Assembly (NCBI GenBank): GCA_017649565.1 | Contig: JAGCGO010000067.1 | Span: forward strand, 15,091-79,090 | Direction: 5' to 3' | From: Fibrobacter sp. | GTDB taxonomy: Bacteria > Fibrobacterota > Fibrobacteria > Fibrobacterales > Fibrobacteraceae | Length of the DNA stretch: 64,000 nucleotides | Part shown: piece after piece, positions 8,210-17,600 of the stretch | Numbering within the stretch: the first letter of the stretch is position 1 | Layout of the letters: every line of letters begins with the position of its first letter | The notes under the pieces: generated by a model | The model's input: only the letters and a program-made list of their open reading frames with translations | Databases searched by the model: none | Told to the model about the DNA's origin: nothing | Position numbers and translations under genes: made by a program

Positions 8210-10042
8210 ATGCTTGTAAGGTCTGGCTACATTCTTCTTTGTGCAGCACTGGCTTTGACCATGCTGGCTTCGTGCGATAGCACCGACGAGGTCATCGAAC
8301 CTGTTTTCTCTGATGTCGGCTCGCTGGAAATCGATTGCGCGGAATCGGACGCTGTGGATTCGGCATCGCGTACGATAACGTGTACTCCGCTCAAGAAGTA
8401 TGGGGATTCTGTCAAAGTAAAGACCTTTGATTTGTCGGATGGTTATTCCGCTTATGTCGTGGACGGTGACGACTTGGACGATCCGGAAGTCGATTGGGAT
8501 TCTCCGGTGAAACCTGGGGTGAAAATCGCTGTTCCCGATACGGGTTTCTTCGGTATCGTGGTGCTGGACGATAAGGACCGCGTTGCGGATGTCTGGAAGG
8601 TCGTCATTAAAAAAGCGGCAAGCTCTTCTTCTACAAAGAAATCAAGTTCATCGTCGGTGAAGCTTGCCAGTTCGTCTTCTACGAAGAAGTCAAGTTCATC
8701 GTCGGCAAAGTCCGCCAGTTCGTCTTCCACGAAGATGTCCAGCTCGTCATCGGCAAAGTCCGCCAGTTCATCGTCCACGAAGATGCCCAGCTCATCGTCG
8801 GCGAAGTCGGCCAGTTCGTCGTCCACGAAGAAGTCAAGCTCATCGTCGGCGAAGTCGGCCAGTTCGTCATCTGCGAAGAAGTCGAGTTCGTCATCGGCAA
8901 AGCCGGCCAGTTCATCGTCAGTGACGGAAAGTTCTTCATCTGCGATACCGGAAAGTTCCTCCTCGGAGGAATTGAGCAGTTCGTCGATTCCCGATGTCGT
9001 GCCGAACGGTCCGTCGACACCCGTGGTTATATTGCCGTTATCTTCGGAAGGTGAACCTGTGTCGTCTAGTTCCATGGAACCCTTGCCGAGTGTCCTCTTG
9101 AGGGAATTCGGTGTGGATGTGAATGGAAGTACTGTTGCTGTGGACGGGCACAAGGTTTATGTGGAAGTCCCCTACGGAACGAATCTGAAGAATCTGAAAT
9201 TGCTGCCGTCGGAAAGGTTTGCCAACCTTGAACGTCCCGTGGAAATGGTATTTGTTGACGATCTCGGTGTATCGGGAACTTACACGGTCGTTGCCGGAAT
9301 GCAATTGCCTGGAACCCATTTCGATGCTCGCGATTATACAGGTTTCTGGGCGACGACAAGCGATGCCATGGAGAACTCGGTGACGGAGGCTTCGATCAAG
9401 ATACGGTCGGAGGCGAATCTTGAATTCTCGTCTTCGCAGATGACGATTTCTACAAAGGAAGTGGTCGGATCCTTCATTGGTATAGAGGGCTCCTGGAAAA
9501 TGGCCGGAGGTTTTTATTTTGCCGGAACGTATAGTGGAACCTCGGCTATCGATATTTACCAACAAGGCTATTCTAGCGGTACGCCGAGTACAGGCGCTTT
9601 TGACTTAAGAAACGACATGACTTTCGGTAAATCCTTTACGGCGCGTCCCACTGGCTTTGATGTGACATACTCGTACTCGCATGTCAGCAACAGCAACTCC
9701 TCTTATCCGCAAAAGGGACTTATCTATGTGATGTTGGTGAGTTCCAATGGCAAGGTGGTCGCTTCGGGTGTTGTGACGGATGATTCCAGCGTCGGCATGC
9801 ATCAAGTCCATGTGGAACTGGTGTATGGCAGCGACTCCGGCATTTTGAGTTCGGGATATCCTGTCGGGGATGGTCTTTCGGTCGGGACGGGGAATGAGGA
9901 TGTCGCCTCTATCCATGTAATGTTTGCATCTTCGGCGTATGCGTTCGTTGTCGCCGGGGGTACTCTTGGAAACGATGACAAGTATCGTGGTGGCGAGAAT
10001 TCGGCTCTTGTCATTGATGAGTTCAAGCTGATTTATTGGTAG
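8210..10042 (+). CDS. Lipoprotein with Ser-rich linker and C-terminal PCMD-like domain
   Basis: Lipobox LASC; FGKSFTARP..YSY and IHVMFASS..S.L.IDEFKLIY PCMD-like signature. Confidence 0.75.
   Translation: MLVRSGYILLCAALALTMLASCDSTDEVIEPVFSDVGSLEIDCAESDAVDSASRTITCTPLKKYGDSVKVKTFDLSDGYSAYVVDGDDLDDPEVDWDSPVKPGVKIAVPDTGFFGIVVLDDKDRVADVWKVVIKKAASSSSTKKSSSSSVKLASSSSTKKSSSSSAKSASSSSTKMSSSSSAKSASSSSTKMPSSSSAKSASSSSTKKSSSSSAKSASSSSAKKSSSSSAKPASSSSVTESSSSAIPESSSSEELSSSSIPDVVPNGPSTPVVILPLSSEGEPVSSSSMEPLPSVLLREFGVDVNGSTVAVDGHKVYVEVPYGTNLKNLKLLPSERFANLERPVEMVFVDDLGVSGTYTVVAGMQLPGTHFDARDYTGFWATTSDAMENSVTEASIKIRSEANLEFSSSQMTISTKEVVGSFIGIEGSWKMAGGFYFAGTYSGTSAIDIYQQGYSSGTPSTGAFDLRNDMTFGKSFTARPTGFDVTYSYSHVSNSNSSYPQKGLIYVMLVSSNGKVVASGVVTDDSSVGMHQVHVELVYGSDSGILSSGYPVGDGLSVGTGNEDVASIHVMFASSAYAFVVAGGTLGNDDKYRGGENSALVIDEFKLIYW
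8620..8940 (+). repeat. In-frame 48-bp tandem repeat (SASSSSTKKSSSSSAK)n
   Basis: About 6 degenerate 16-aa units visible in DNA and protein. Confidence 0.85.
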
Positions 10043-10053
10043 GAGGTAGGCCA

Positions 10054-12801
10054 ATGAAACGATTGCTTGTTACGATTCTTTTTGCGCTGACTCTTATCGC
10101 CTGTACAGAGGATTTCGATGCCTTTGGAACTTCGGATTACAGGACGTTGGACGAACTGGTTTTTGAAAACCAGGAGGGTGATGTTCAACTCTATCCCGAT
10201 GAACACCGGATCGAAGTGAATCTTATTGCACCGTCGGATTCGTTTGTCTGGGATTCGGTGACGATCGAGCGAATCAAGATAAGCCGTTTTGCTTCGCTTC
10301 ATCTTGTGGAAAGCAAGGTGAGGAGTTTCCCTTCGGACTCTGCAAAGCTGGATTCGTTGGCGCAGAAGGTGGCTTATTCAAAGAAACCTCTGAAGGCAGG
10401 AAGCCGGCTCAAATTACCCCGTTCCGGTCTCATTTACTTGATGGCGGTCTCCGAAAGCGGCGAGGTCACCATTTGGCAGGTGGTGTTCAATTTGCAGGGC
10501 GGAAATGCGGAAACGATTCAGAACTCGGAAGATTCGGACGATGACTCCGGAAATTCAGACAATCCAAAATCGGCATCTTCAAGTTCGTCAAACAAGTCAA
10601 CGGGTTCAAGTTCCTCGGGAAAGTCGGATGGCTCCTCGTCGGGCAAGGAATCGACGGGAGAATCGTCAAGCAGCGAGGCTGTCCTGGATTCCAATGTGTC
10701 TTTTAGCATAAAGTTTGTCGGCCAGCTTGAATCCCGCAAAATGGATGATACAATCAGGGTTGTCTTTGCGAACGGTACGGATCTCTCGAAGGTCAAGGTG
10801 GATTCTTCCGAAGCTTTTGTTTTTCGCAAGTCCATGATTGATTCGGACCCTGCAAAGGTCAAGGACTGGAGCAAGGTGAAGAAGTTTGTCGTGACTTCGG
10901 AAAGCGGAACGTCAAAAACCTGGTATGTAGACGTGATGACTCTCCCGAGCAGCGAAAAAACTTTCGAGATTGTGTTCAAGAACGAACTCAAGTCGAACCG
11001 GTATGGCGATACCATTGTCGTGCGCCTGCAAAATGGCTCCGACATGGAAAAGATTTTCGTGGATTCGTGGAGCGTGTCTGCAGGCGCCTCTGTTTCTCCC
11101 GATCCGGATTCCGTGAAGAGCTGGTCTAAACTGCAGAAAGTTGAAATCGTTGCTGAGGACGGATCCAAGGTGACGTGGTTTATTTCTGTTGTCGAAGCGG
11201 ATAAGGATGAGGTCGTCTCTGACGAAAAGGAACTTTTGTCCGTAAAGGCGAAGAACGAGGTGAAGGCGGCTTCGATAGATAAAGACAAGAAGACGATTCT
11301 GGTCCATATGAAGAAAGCTGAGGACCTTGCCGATGTGGAACTTTCCATTGAGGTGTCCCCGTCGGCCTACATCAATCTCGCATCAAAGGTGGATTTGCGC
11401 CAGCCTCAAAAGTTGGTGATTACTGCCGAAGACAAGTCGACCGCCGAGTGGACGGTGAACGGGGATTATGTGAAGTCCGATGAAGCGGAAATACTGACGT
11501 TTGTGCTGGATGATGCCGATAACGGGTTCTCCGCCAATGCCAGCCTCGATGCGGCAAAGAAGTCTATCACGTTTACAGTTTCTTCCAAGTATGAATCCAA
11601 GTTGTCCAAGGTCTATTTTGACGCTACGTATTCGGAGTTGGCACGGAAGGCATCACCTGCCGAAGAATATCTGGACTTAAGCGATGGTCATGCGGAGATT
11701 GTCGTGGTTGCGGAGGACGGGACCGAGGTGACATGGACGGTGTCGGTTACGGTTGAGAAGGAGGCCGTTTCTCCCCGATTGCTTTCAATGAAGATTGCGG
11801 GCAGTACGGCAGTGATTGACAGCGCCGATGAAGGGAATTCTCGTGTTTTCCATGTCCACTGCGACAGCCTGACTTTTCTTGCCGACTTGACCCAGCTTGT
11901 CGTGAGCGATATTGAACTTACCGAAGGGGCTACGGTGTCGGGCATTTCTGAAGGGAATGCTTTTGACTTGAGCCGTGGACTGAGCGTTTCCGTGTCGAAT
12001 GGCGAGGAGACTGCCGAGTATGTCGTGCAGGCGGGTTACCAGTATCCGGGCAGTGACTTTAACCATTGGGTGAAAGATGCCTTTGGCAATATGAATGCTA
12101 TTGATGGGTGGGATAATGGAAACAATTCCTATGCAAAAACTTTGACGGTGAGTGATGAAGGCCAGTCTGTTATCAAAATGGAATCTCAAACGGCTGTGGT
12201 AAAATTTGCTAGTGGCAATATGCTTGTGGCCTATTTTAATCCGAAGGATATATCTCCTTTATCAATGGCTACTTATGGTGATGGTAATGAGCTGATTGAC
12301 TTTGGTCGTCCATTCCGTGCACGTCCCAGGTTTGTTGAGTTTGACGCGAAGTACCAGGGCAAGGGAGATTCCTGTGACATGTATGTGATGCTGGAACATC
12401 GCAGCCGTACAAGCAACGAGGGCAAGAACCGGTACCGTACCTCGAGCGATGTGAATACCCTGATTGCCTCGGCCTGGTATCGTGCGACGACTGTCACCAG
12501 TATGGATGACCCGGATGTCGTTTCCATTACGGATGCAAAGCGTTCTGGCTACAAGACTATCCGCCTTGCTTTCAAGTACGGGGTGCCCCTGACTGGGTCA
12601 CCGATTTACAGTTCAAGCGTCTTTAACAAGAACCTCAAGAAGTCTGAGGGTATCGATAACCACTTGGTACAGACCGAATCCCCAGACGATTTCGAAGTGA
12701 CGCACATTCGCGTGGTAATGGCTTCTAGCGCTCTTGGCAACCTGTACAAGGGGTCGGTCGGGGCGACGCTCTGGGTCGACGAAATGCGCCTGATATACTG
12801 A
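10054..12801 (+). CDS. Large lipoprotein with repeated Ig-like (DUF5018-like) units and C-terminal PCMD-like domain
   Basis: Lipobox LIAC; repeated V(T/V)AEDG/SESG..W.V units; GWDNGN, FGRPFRARP, THIRVVMASS..G.TLWVDEMRLIY. Confidence 0.75.
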   Translation: MKRLLVTILFALTLIACTEDFDAFGTSDYRTLDELVFENQEGDVQLYPDEHRIEVNLIAPSDSFVWDSVTIERIKISRFASLHLVESKVRSFPSDSAKLDSLAQKVAYSKKPLKAGSRLKLPRSGLIYLMAVSESGEVTIWQVVFNLQGGNAETIQNSEDSDDDSGNSDNPKSASSSSSNKSTGSSSSGKSDGSSSGKESTGESSSSEAVLDSNVSFSIKFVGQLESRKMDDTIRVVFANGTDLSKVKVDSSEAFVFRKSMIDSDPAKVKDWSKVKKFVVTSESGTSKTWYVDVMTLPSSEKTFEIVFKNELKSNRYGDTIVVRLQNGSDMEKIFVDSWSVSAGASVSPDPDSVKSWSKLQKVEIVAEDGSKVTWFISVVEADKDEVVSDEKELLSVKAKNEVKAASIDKDKKTILVHMKKAEDLADVELSIEVSPSAYINLASKVDLRQPQKLVITAEDKSTAEWTVNGDYVKSDEAEILTFVLDDADNGFSANASLDAAKKSITFTVSSKYESKLSKVYFDATYSELARKASPAEEYLDLSDGHAEIVVVAEDGTEVTWTVSVTVEKEAVSPRLLSMKIAGSTAVIDSADEGNSRVFHVHCDSLTFLADLTQLVVSDIELTEGATVSGISEGNAFDLSRGLSVSVSNGEETAEYVVQAGYQYPGSDFNHWVKDAFGNMNAIDGWDNGNNSYAKTLTVSDEGQSVIKMESQTAVVKFASGNMLVAYFNPKDISPLSMATYGDGNELIDFGRPFRARPRFVEFDAKYQGKGDSCDMYVMLEHRSRTSNEGKNRYRTSSDVNTLIASAWYRATTVTSMDDPDVVSITDAKRSGYKTIRLAFKYGVPLTGSPIYSSSVFNKNLKKSEGIDNHLVQTESPDDFEVTHIRVVMASSALGNLYKGSVGATLWVDEMRLIY

Positions 12802-12889
12802 TGTCTGGAGCCTGTTGCGGGGCTTCTCCCTGCTAAAGATGTGTTTTAGCGGGGGATTTTGCTATATTATCGGCAGAATAGGAGGTTTT

Positions 12890-13213
12890 ATGGCCGCGAT
12901 TGTTTTGACTGCGGAAAAATTTGACCAAGTCATTAGCTCTGGACAGCTCGTTTTTGTGGATTTCTGGGCTACCTGGTGCCGCCCGTGCATGATGATGGGC
13001 CCCATTGTCGAGGAATTGGCTCAAGAATACGATGGTCGCGTCATTATTGCCAAGATGAATGTGGACGATCCGGGCGTGGGCGATATCTGCGGCCGTTTCG
13101 GCATTACCAACATCCCGAACATGAAGCTGTTCAAGAACGGGGTTGAAGTCGGTAACGTGGTCGGAGCCGTACCTAAGGCAACGGTCAAGGCTGTCATTGA
13201 CAGGAACCTGTAA
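12890..13213 (+). CDS. trxA: Thioredoxin
   Basis: VDFWATWCRPC active site, GITNIP, GGAGG RBS. Confidence 0.9.
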   Translation: MAAIVLTAEKFDQVISSGQLVFVDFWATWCRPCMMMGPIVEELAQEYDGRVIIAKMNVDDPGVGDICGRFGITNIPNMKLFKNGVEVGNVVGAVPKATVKAVIDRNL

Positions 13214-13224
13214 CACTTTATCTG

Positions 13225-14016
13225 ATGCTGACGAAACGATTGATTGTTTGCTTGGATGTCCGTAACCGTAAGGTCACGAAGGGCGTCAAGTTCAAGGGAA
13301 ATATCGATATCGGTGACCCCGTGGAGATGGGGGCGCAGTATAGCGCCGATGGTGTCGATGAGCTTGTTTTTTATGACATTACCGCGAGTGCGGAAAACCG
13401 TCCGTGCGATATGGAGATGATCCGCCAGATTGCGAAACGCGTGTTCATTCCGTTTGCCGTGGGTGGCGGAATCCGCAATCTCGATGACATGCACGAGGCC
13501 CTTTTGGCCGGTGCCGAGAAGGTGAGCGTGAACAGTCTCGCCGTTCTCCACCCTGAAATCATTGCCGATGGAGCGAAGGCTTTCGGACGGCAGTGCGTGG
13601 TGCTCGGTATGGACGCAAAGTTTGTCGGCGTTTCCGAAAAGATTCCGAGCGGTTATGAAGTGTTTATCCGTGGCGGCAGGCAGGCGATGGGAATCGATGC
13701 TGTCGAGTGGGCCAAGAAGGCCGAGGATTTGGGCGTTGGCGAAATCTGCCTGAACTCTATCGATACGGATGGCGTGAAGAACGGTTACGAACTTACGATT
13801 ACCGACAAGATTGCGAAGGCTGTGCAGGTGCCTGTGATTGCTAGCGGTGGTGCTGGTACGCCTGCGCACATTGTCGACTTGTTCCGCAAGACTTCCGCCG
13901 ATGCGGCTCTGGTCGCTTCGATGGTTCATTTCGGGGATTACACTGTGCCCGGAATCAAGGGCGAGATGCTTGCTGCCGGAATTCCCGTGCGCAAGAAGAT
14001 GAACGGCGAGGTCTAG
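13225..14016 (+). CDS. hisF: Imidazole glycerol phosphate synthase cyclase subunit
   Basis: KRLIVCLDV, DELVFYDITAS, VGGGIR, SIDTDG, VIASGGAG. Confidence 0.95.
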   Translation: MLTKRLIVCLDVRNRKVTKGVKFKGNIDIGDPVEMGAQYSADGVDELVFYDITASAENRPCDMEMIRQIAKRVFIPFAVGGGIRNLDDMHEALLAGAEKVSVNSLAVLHPEIIADGAKAFGRQCVVLGMDAKFVGVSEKIPSGYEVFIRGGRQAMGIDAVEWAKKAEDLGVGEICLNSIDTDGVKNGYELTITDKIAKAVQVPVIASGGAGTPAHIVDLFRKTSADAALVASMVHFGDYTVPGIKGEMLAAGIPVRKKMNGEV

Positions 14017-15399
14017 GTGAATCAGGATGTTGCCGTAAAGATTTTCGAAGCGGGCCGCCGTGCCGGTGCCGACTTTGTCGAAATTTTTGAAGAGGAAACC
14101 CGCAGTTCCTGTTTGGGTCTTAAGGACCGCCATATTGAGACGGCGACTGCAGGGACCGAGTATGGAATCGGTGTCCGCCTTTTGTACGGGACCGAGGTTC
14201 TTTACGGCTTTACCAGTGACGACAGCGAGGAATCGTTGCTTCGGCTTGTGCAGACGCTCGCGTTCGGGCGCATTTCCGGTTCTGCGCCGAAGTCTTTCGA
14301 GTTCGCTCCCGAAAAGCGCGTTTGCGATTTTAACCAGGCCGCCTACAAGGATCCGCGTCTGCTGGGCCAGGCTATCAAGCAGGACTTTTTGTTCCGTGCC
14401 GACAATGCCGCCCGTGCCCTTTCACCGAAAATCGTGCAGGTGGGCGCGAGTGTCGTGGACAGCTGTTCCTCCATTACCCTCATGAACAGCGAGGGGCTGC
14501 ATCTGGAAATGACGCGCGGGCGCCTTCGTGTGAACGTGAACGTGACGGCGACGGACGGTTCCGAACGCCTCACGAGCCATGAGGCTCCGGGTGCCCTGGG
14601 CGGCTACGAGCTGCTGGAAAACTATTCTCCCGAAGGGCTTGCTGCCATTACGGGCGAGCGTGTGTTGCGCATGCTCGATGCCGGATACATTGCCGGTGGG
14701 CAGATGCCCGTGGTGATGGGTAACGGATTTGGCGGCGTGATTTTCCACGAGGCTTGCGGGCATCCGCTCGAGACGGAATCTGTCCGCCGCAATGCAAGCC
14801 CCTTCTGCGGAAAGCTTGGCGAGGCTATTGGCCAGCCCTGCCTTACCGCGATTGACGACGGGACGTTGGATGGTGTGTGGGGAAGTCTCAAGTACGATGA
14901 CGAAGGCTCTCCTACGCAACGTACGGTCCTGATTGAAAACGGTATTTTGAAAAACTACATGAGTGACCGTGTGGGCGCGACCGAGGTGGGAGTCTCCCTT
15001 ACAGGTTCTGCCCGTCGCGAAAGCTACAAGTTTGCCCCGGTGAGCCGTATGCGCAACACCTTCATCGCGCCGGGCAAGGATTCGCTTGATTCCATGATTG
15101 CAAGCGTGGACAACGGCCTCTATGCGGCTCGCATGGCCGGTGGTTCGGTGAACCCCGCTACGGGCGAGTTCAACTTTGCTGTCGACGAAGGCTATGTTAT
15201 CCGCAACGGTAAGGTTTGCGAGCCTGTGCGTGGAGCAACTCTTATCGGCAAGGGTCACGAAATCATGCCTCGAATCAGCATGGTGGGCTCTGACTTTGAA
15301 CAGGCTGCTGGTGTTTGCGGTGCTAGTTCTGGACATGTGCCGGTTACGGTCGGCCAGCCGACAATTAAGGTAGACCAGATTCTCGTTGGCGGCCGCTAG
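14017..15399 (+). CDS. tldD: TldD metalloprotease
   Basis: FHEACGHPLE, YDDEG, SRMRNT, GGSVNPATGEFNF, VGQPTIKV. Confidence 0.93.
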   Translation: MNQDVAVKIFEAGRRAGADFVEIFEEETRSSCLGLKDRHIETATAGTEYGIGVRLLYGTEVLYGFTSDDSEESLLRLVQTLAFGRISGSAPKSFEFAPEKRVCDFNQAAYKDPRLLGQAIKQDFLFRADNAARALSPKIVQVGASVVDSCSSITLMNSEGLHLEMTRGRLRVNVNVTATDGSERLTSHEAPGALGGYELLENYSPEGLAAITGERVLRMLDAGYIAGGQMPVVMGNGFGGVIFHEACGHPLETESVRRNASPFCGKLGEAIGQPCLTAIDDGTLDGVWGSLKYDDEGSPTQRTVLIENGILKNYMSDRVGATEVGVSLTGSARRESYKFAPVSRMRNTFIAPGKDSLDSMIASVDNGLYAARMAGGSVNPATGEFNFAVDEGYVIRNGKVCEPVRGATLIGKGHEIMPRISMVGSDFEQAAGVCGASSGHVPVTVGQPTIKVDQILVGGR

Positions 15400-15443
15400 G
15401 CGGCTTGACAGGGAATTTCATCCCAAAATAACTGGATAAATTA

Positions 15444-15477
15444 AAACAACGGCGCCCCTTGCGAAACGCCGTTGTTT
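15444..15477 (+). terminator. Terminator after tldD
   Basis: AAACAACGGCG..CGCCGTTGTTT inverted repeat. Confidence 0.7.
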
Positions 15478-15748
15478 GGTGTATGGGATGTTTGGTTTTG
15501 TTGCTAACTTTTATCGTTTGCTCTCATAATGTAGATTAGTATAGTCCAAATAGGTATAATTGGGGGTAGTTTCCGGTGTAAAGGTTTACAACGGAAAGGT
15601 CGTGTTTACAAGAAAAATCTTCATAATTGCGTAATTTGGGCGATTTTCGCCATTTTTTCTTGTAATTAGATACTTTAAAAATGGTTCCGTCAAGAATACG
15701 TCCGACTCCTGCTAGGACGATAAGACCGAGAGCTCCGTGATCTGTTTA

Positions 15749-15783
15749 GTTTTCTCTCTGCTCGTAAAGAGACGCTATAAGAC
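15749..15783 (-). CRISPR. CRISPR-like repeat copy C (35 bp)
   Basis: GTTTTCTCTCTGCTCGTAAAGAGACGCTATAAGAC; 32/35 identical to the copy at 16101. Confidence 0.7.
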
Positions 15784-15789
15784 AGAAGA

Positions 15790-15810
15790 GGCAGGATTTT
15801 GCACCCTGCC
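15790..15810 (-). terminator. Hairpin closing the small ORF cassette
   Basis: GGCAGG-ATTTTGCAC-CCTGCC about 20 nt downstream of the 15833 stop. Confidence 0.5.
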
Positions 15811-15832
15811 GTTAATTTTTGGGGTGGAAAAA

Positions 15833-15964
15833 CTAGCCTTCTGTTTCGTAGGCCATGAGCGGTTTTAAGATTCTGTTCCAGATAAATCCCCAAAGGAAGC
15901 CCAGGCACCAAAGTAGCGGGACTACCAAAAAGCATAAACAGGCAATTATAATCAGGAGTGTCAT
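15833..15964 (-). CDS. 43-aa hydrophobic small protein MTLLIIIACLCFLVVPLLWCLGFLWGFIWNRILKPLMAYETEG (not in the ORF track)
   Basis: Translated by hand; GGAG RBS, TATATT -10 at 15994-15989, downstream hairpin; lies between two CRISPR-like repeats. Confidence 0.5.
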   Translation of the reverse strand: MTLLIIIACLCFLVVPLLWCLGFLWGFIWNRILKPLMAYETEG

Positions 15965-16100
15965 TTTTCATCTCCGCGTTACACTTCTAATATAGATTCT
16001 TTTGGGTCGGGGGGCTTTGTTTTTACCTTTTTTCTTCTGGAGTATGGCGGTGAACTCTTCGATGGTGGATGCCTGGACGTACCCTTGCCGTAGGGATTCG

Positions 16101-16135
16101 GTTTTCCCTCTGCTCGTAAAGAGCCTCTATAAGAC
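16101..16135 (-). CRISPR. CRISPR-like repeat copy B (leader-proximal, 35 bp)
   Basis: GTTTTCCCTCTGCTCGTAAAGAGCCTCTATAAGAC with GT..AC ends and an inner GCTC-N5-GAGC hairpin; 59 bp downstream of the cas2 stop. Confidence 0.75.
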
Positions 16136-16194
16136 CTGCTTTCTGAATATACCTTATTTTATACGTGTTCACAAGCAGTTAGATGCTGAAAAAA
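16136..16194 (-). promoter_or_regulatory. CRISPR leader-like sequence with TATATT -10 box
   Basis: AT-rich, between cas2 and repeat B; first 20 nt are 19/20 identical to 18365-18384. Confidence 0.6.
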
Positions 16195-16506
16195 TCAGAA
16201 AAATTGGATGAAATCCTGGGATTTGGGCCATTTTTTCGGAGCCCTGGTGCTGCCGAAGTGGCTGTAGATTTCCAGGAACTCCCTGTCCGTGACGCTCAGC
16301 AGGCAGAGCGTGGAGCGGGGTTCGATTAAATTGGCGATTCGTCGGCGGTGTGTCCTGCCGTTGTCCGCAGTGGTGCAGTAGCGGACGTACATTCCTCGTT
16401 GCACCTTGTTGAATCCCTCTTTTTCTAGTTCCTTGACGAACCTGGCCATGTTTTGGCGGCCGCTCTTGCAGTGTCTTGGGAAATCAAAAATCGCTACGAC
16501 CCACAT
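16195..16506 (-). CDS. cas2: CRISPR-associated Cas2 (type II-C-like)
   Basis: MWVVAIFDFP..F.KEL.K.GF..Q..MYVRYC..VTDREF; start overlaps the cas1 end. Confidence 0.9.
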   Translation of the reverse strand: MWVVAIFDFPRHCKSGRQNMARFVKELEKEGFNKVQRGMYVRYCTTADNGRTHRRRIANLIEPRSTLCLLSVTDREFLEIYSHFGSTRAPKKWPKSQDFIQFF

Positions 16507-17390
16507 GCTACCCTCGGGTAAGCGATGTTCTTTGTTTCGCCCATGAAAAATTTCGCGACGGAGGCTGTGGTGTAGGTGAGACATGTTCCCAGCTGCACCA
16601 TCTGTTCCCCGAAGGGAATGTTGGTGTAGAACAGTTCCAGAAAGGATGCCTTGACTTCCTTGTCCAACTTCTTCTTTTTGGCTACGTGTAATTTGTATGC
16701 AATCTGATCGATGAAGGGGCGGTAGGGTTCCATGATGTCGTCTGCCAGCGGGAATGCGTCGTAATAGTTCCTGTGGAAAATGCCGAGGGAGGGCAGTAAC
16801 CCGCTCGCCATCAGGGCGCGAGCGGTTGCGGCCCGCAGGAGCGTGTAACCGTAATTCAAAAAATCGTTGGGGTGTTCGCCGAACCTGTCGCGGATGAACT
16901 CCTTGCCGAAAAGTTCCCTCCAGTAGCATTGCGCGGCAAGTCCTTCGCGGTTGCTGGAATCCCCGCTAAGGACTCCGGTGGCATATTTCAGAAGCCTGTC
17001 GTGTTTTTTTCCAAGGGACTTGAGGTGAAGAGCCTGGTTCTTGATTTTTGCCTCCACGACATTTTTCCACATTTGTTTTTTCAGTGGCTGGGATGCATCC
17101 AGTTGCAGGCGGAAGTATTTTTCTTGCAGGGTGTTTGCGTCTAGATTCATGAGCATGGATGACGGCATGTGCTTCTCGTTGCAGAATACGACTGCGACAT
17201 TCTGTTCTGCCAATTTGCTTATGAGCGGTGTGGTGAGTGATGCCGAATGGTTGTCGATGAGGATGATGGCGATATCTTCGATTGCCCTGAGCGTGACGTT
17301 GTCGGGATTGTCCTTGTATGCGATTTTGAGCATGGAATTTTGTACCGAAAGTTGGACCGGATTTTCAAATATGAGAGTCTGTTTGGGCAT
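16494..17390 (-). CDS. cas1: CRISPR-associated integrase Cas1 (type II-C-like)
   Basis: AIEDIAIILID, LKKQMW..K..NQ, SGDSSNREG.AA..YW, NDFLNYGY..LRA, LGIFH, LADDIMEPYRP; catalytic E/H/E retained; AGGAG RBS. Confidence 0.95.
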   Translation of the reverse strand: MPKQTLIFENPVQLSVQNSMLKIAYKDNPDNVTLRAIEDIAIILIDNHSASLTTPLISKLAEQNVAVVFCNEKHMPSSMLMNLDANTLQEKYFRLQLDASQPLKKQMWKNVVEAKIKNQALHLKSLGKKHDRLLKYATGVLSGDSSNREGLAAQCYWRELFGKEFIRDRFGEHPNDFLNYGYTLLRAATARALMASGLLPSLGIFHRNYYDAFPLADDIMEPYRPFIDQIAYKLHVAKKKKLDKEVKASFLELFYTNIPFGEQMVQLGTCLTYTTASVAKFFMGETKNIAYPRVACGS

Positions 17391-17535
17391 GTTTCTCCTT
17401 CTGTTTCTATTGTCATCTTTTGACGCATGTTTCAATATATATTTTGCATGCAGACAAAAACAAAGGAGCGCCTTATGTCAAAACAGAAAATGCCGTGAAT
17501 GTATCGCGATGCCCACGAAGCGTGCTTTAAGAATT

Positions 17536-17600
17536 GTAAAGAGCCGCTATAAGACTTAATATGAGTCGCAGTTACAAGAAACCATTTGAGAAAATGGCAA
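17536..17600 (+). ncRNA. Partial repeat (20 nt) followed by hairpins: candidate tracrRNA-like anti-repeat or truncated repeat
   Basis: GTAAAGAGCCGCTATAAGAC matches 19/20 to both full repeats; followed by GACTT-AATAT-GAGTC and CCATTT-GAGA-AAATGG hairpins. Confidence 0.4.

Noticed and set aside
8620-8940. Tandem repeats as a CRISPR array
   Set aside because: In-frame Ser-rich linker without unique spacers
15570-15666. AT-rich inverted repeats (TTACAAGAAAAA/TTTTTCTTGTAA) with slight similarity to 17571-17630
   Set aside because: Low complexity; cannot support terminal inverted repeats of a mobile element
15692-15726. Possible fifth repeat ending ATAAGAC, 22 nt from repeat C
   Set aside because: Only the last 7 nt and a CTGCT match; too weak to call, though it may be an eroded terminal repeat
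15838-15871. Faint repeat-like stretch (TTCTGTTTCGTAGG..GAGCGGTTTTAAGAT)
   Set aside because: Needs several gaps and mismatches, and lies in the small ORF
15690-15971. 93-aa ORF crossing repeat C
   Set aside because: Runs through the hairpin and repeat and has almost no RBS spacing; the 43-aa ORF in another frame fits the signals better
16507-16929. N-terminal extension making Cas2 244 aa
   Set aside because: Alternative frame overlapping cas1; Cas2 homology starts at MWVV (16506)
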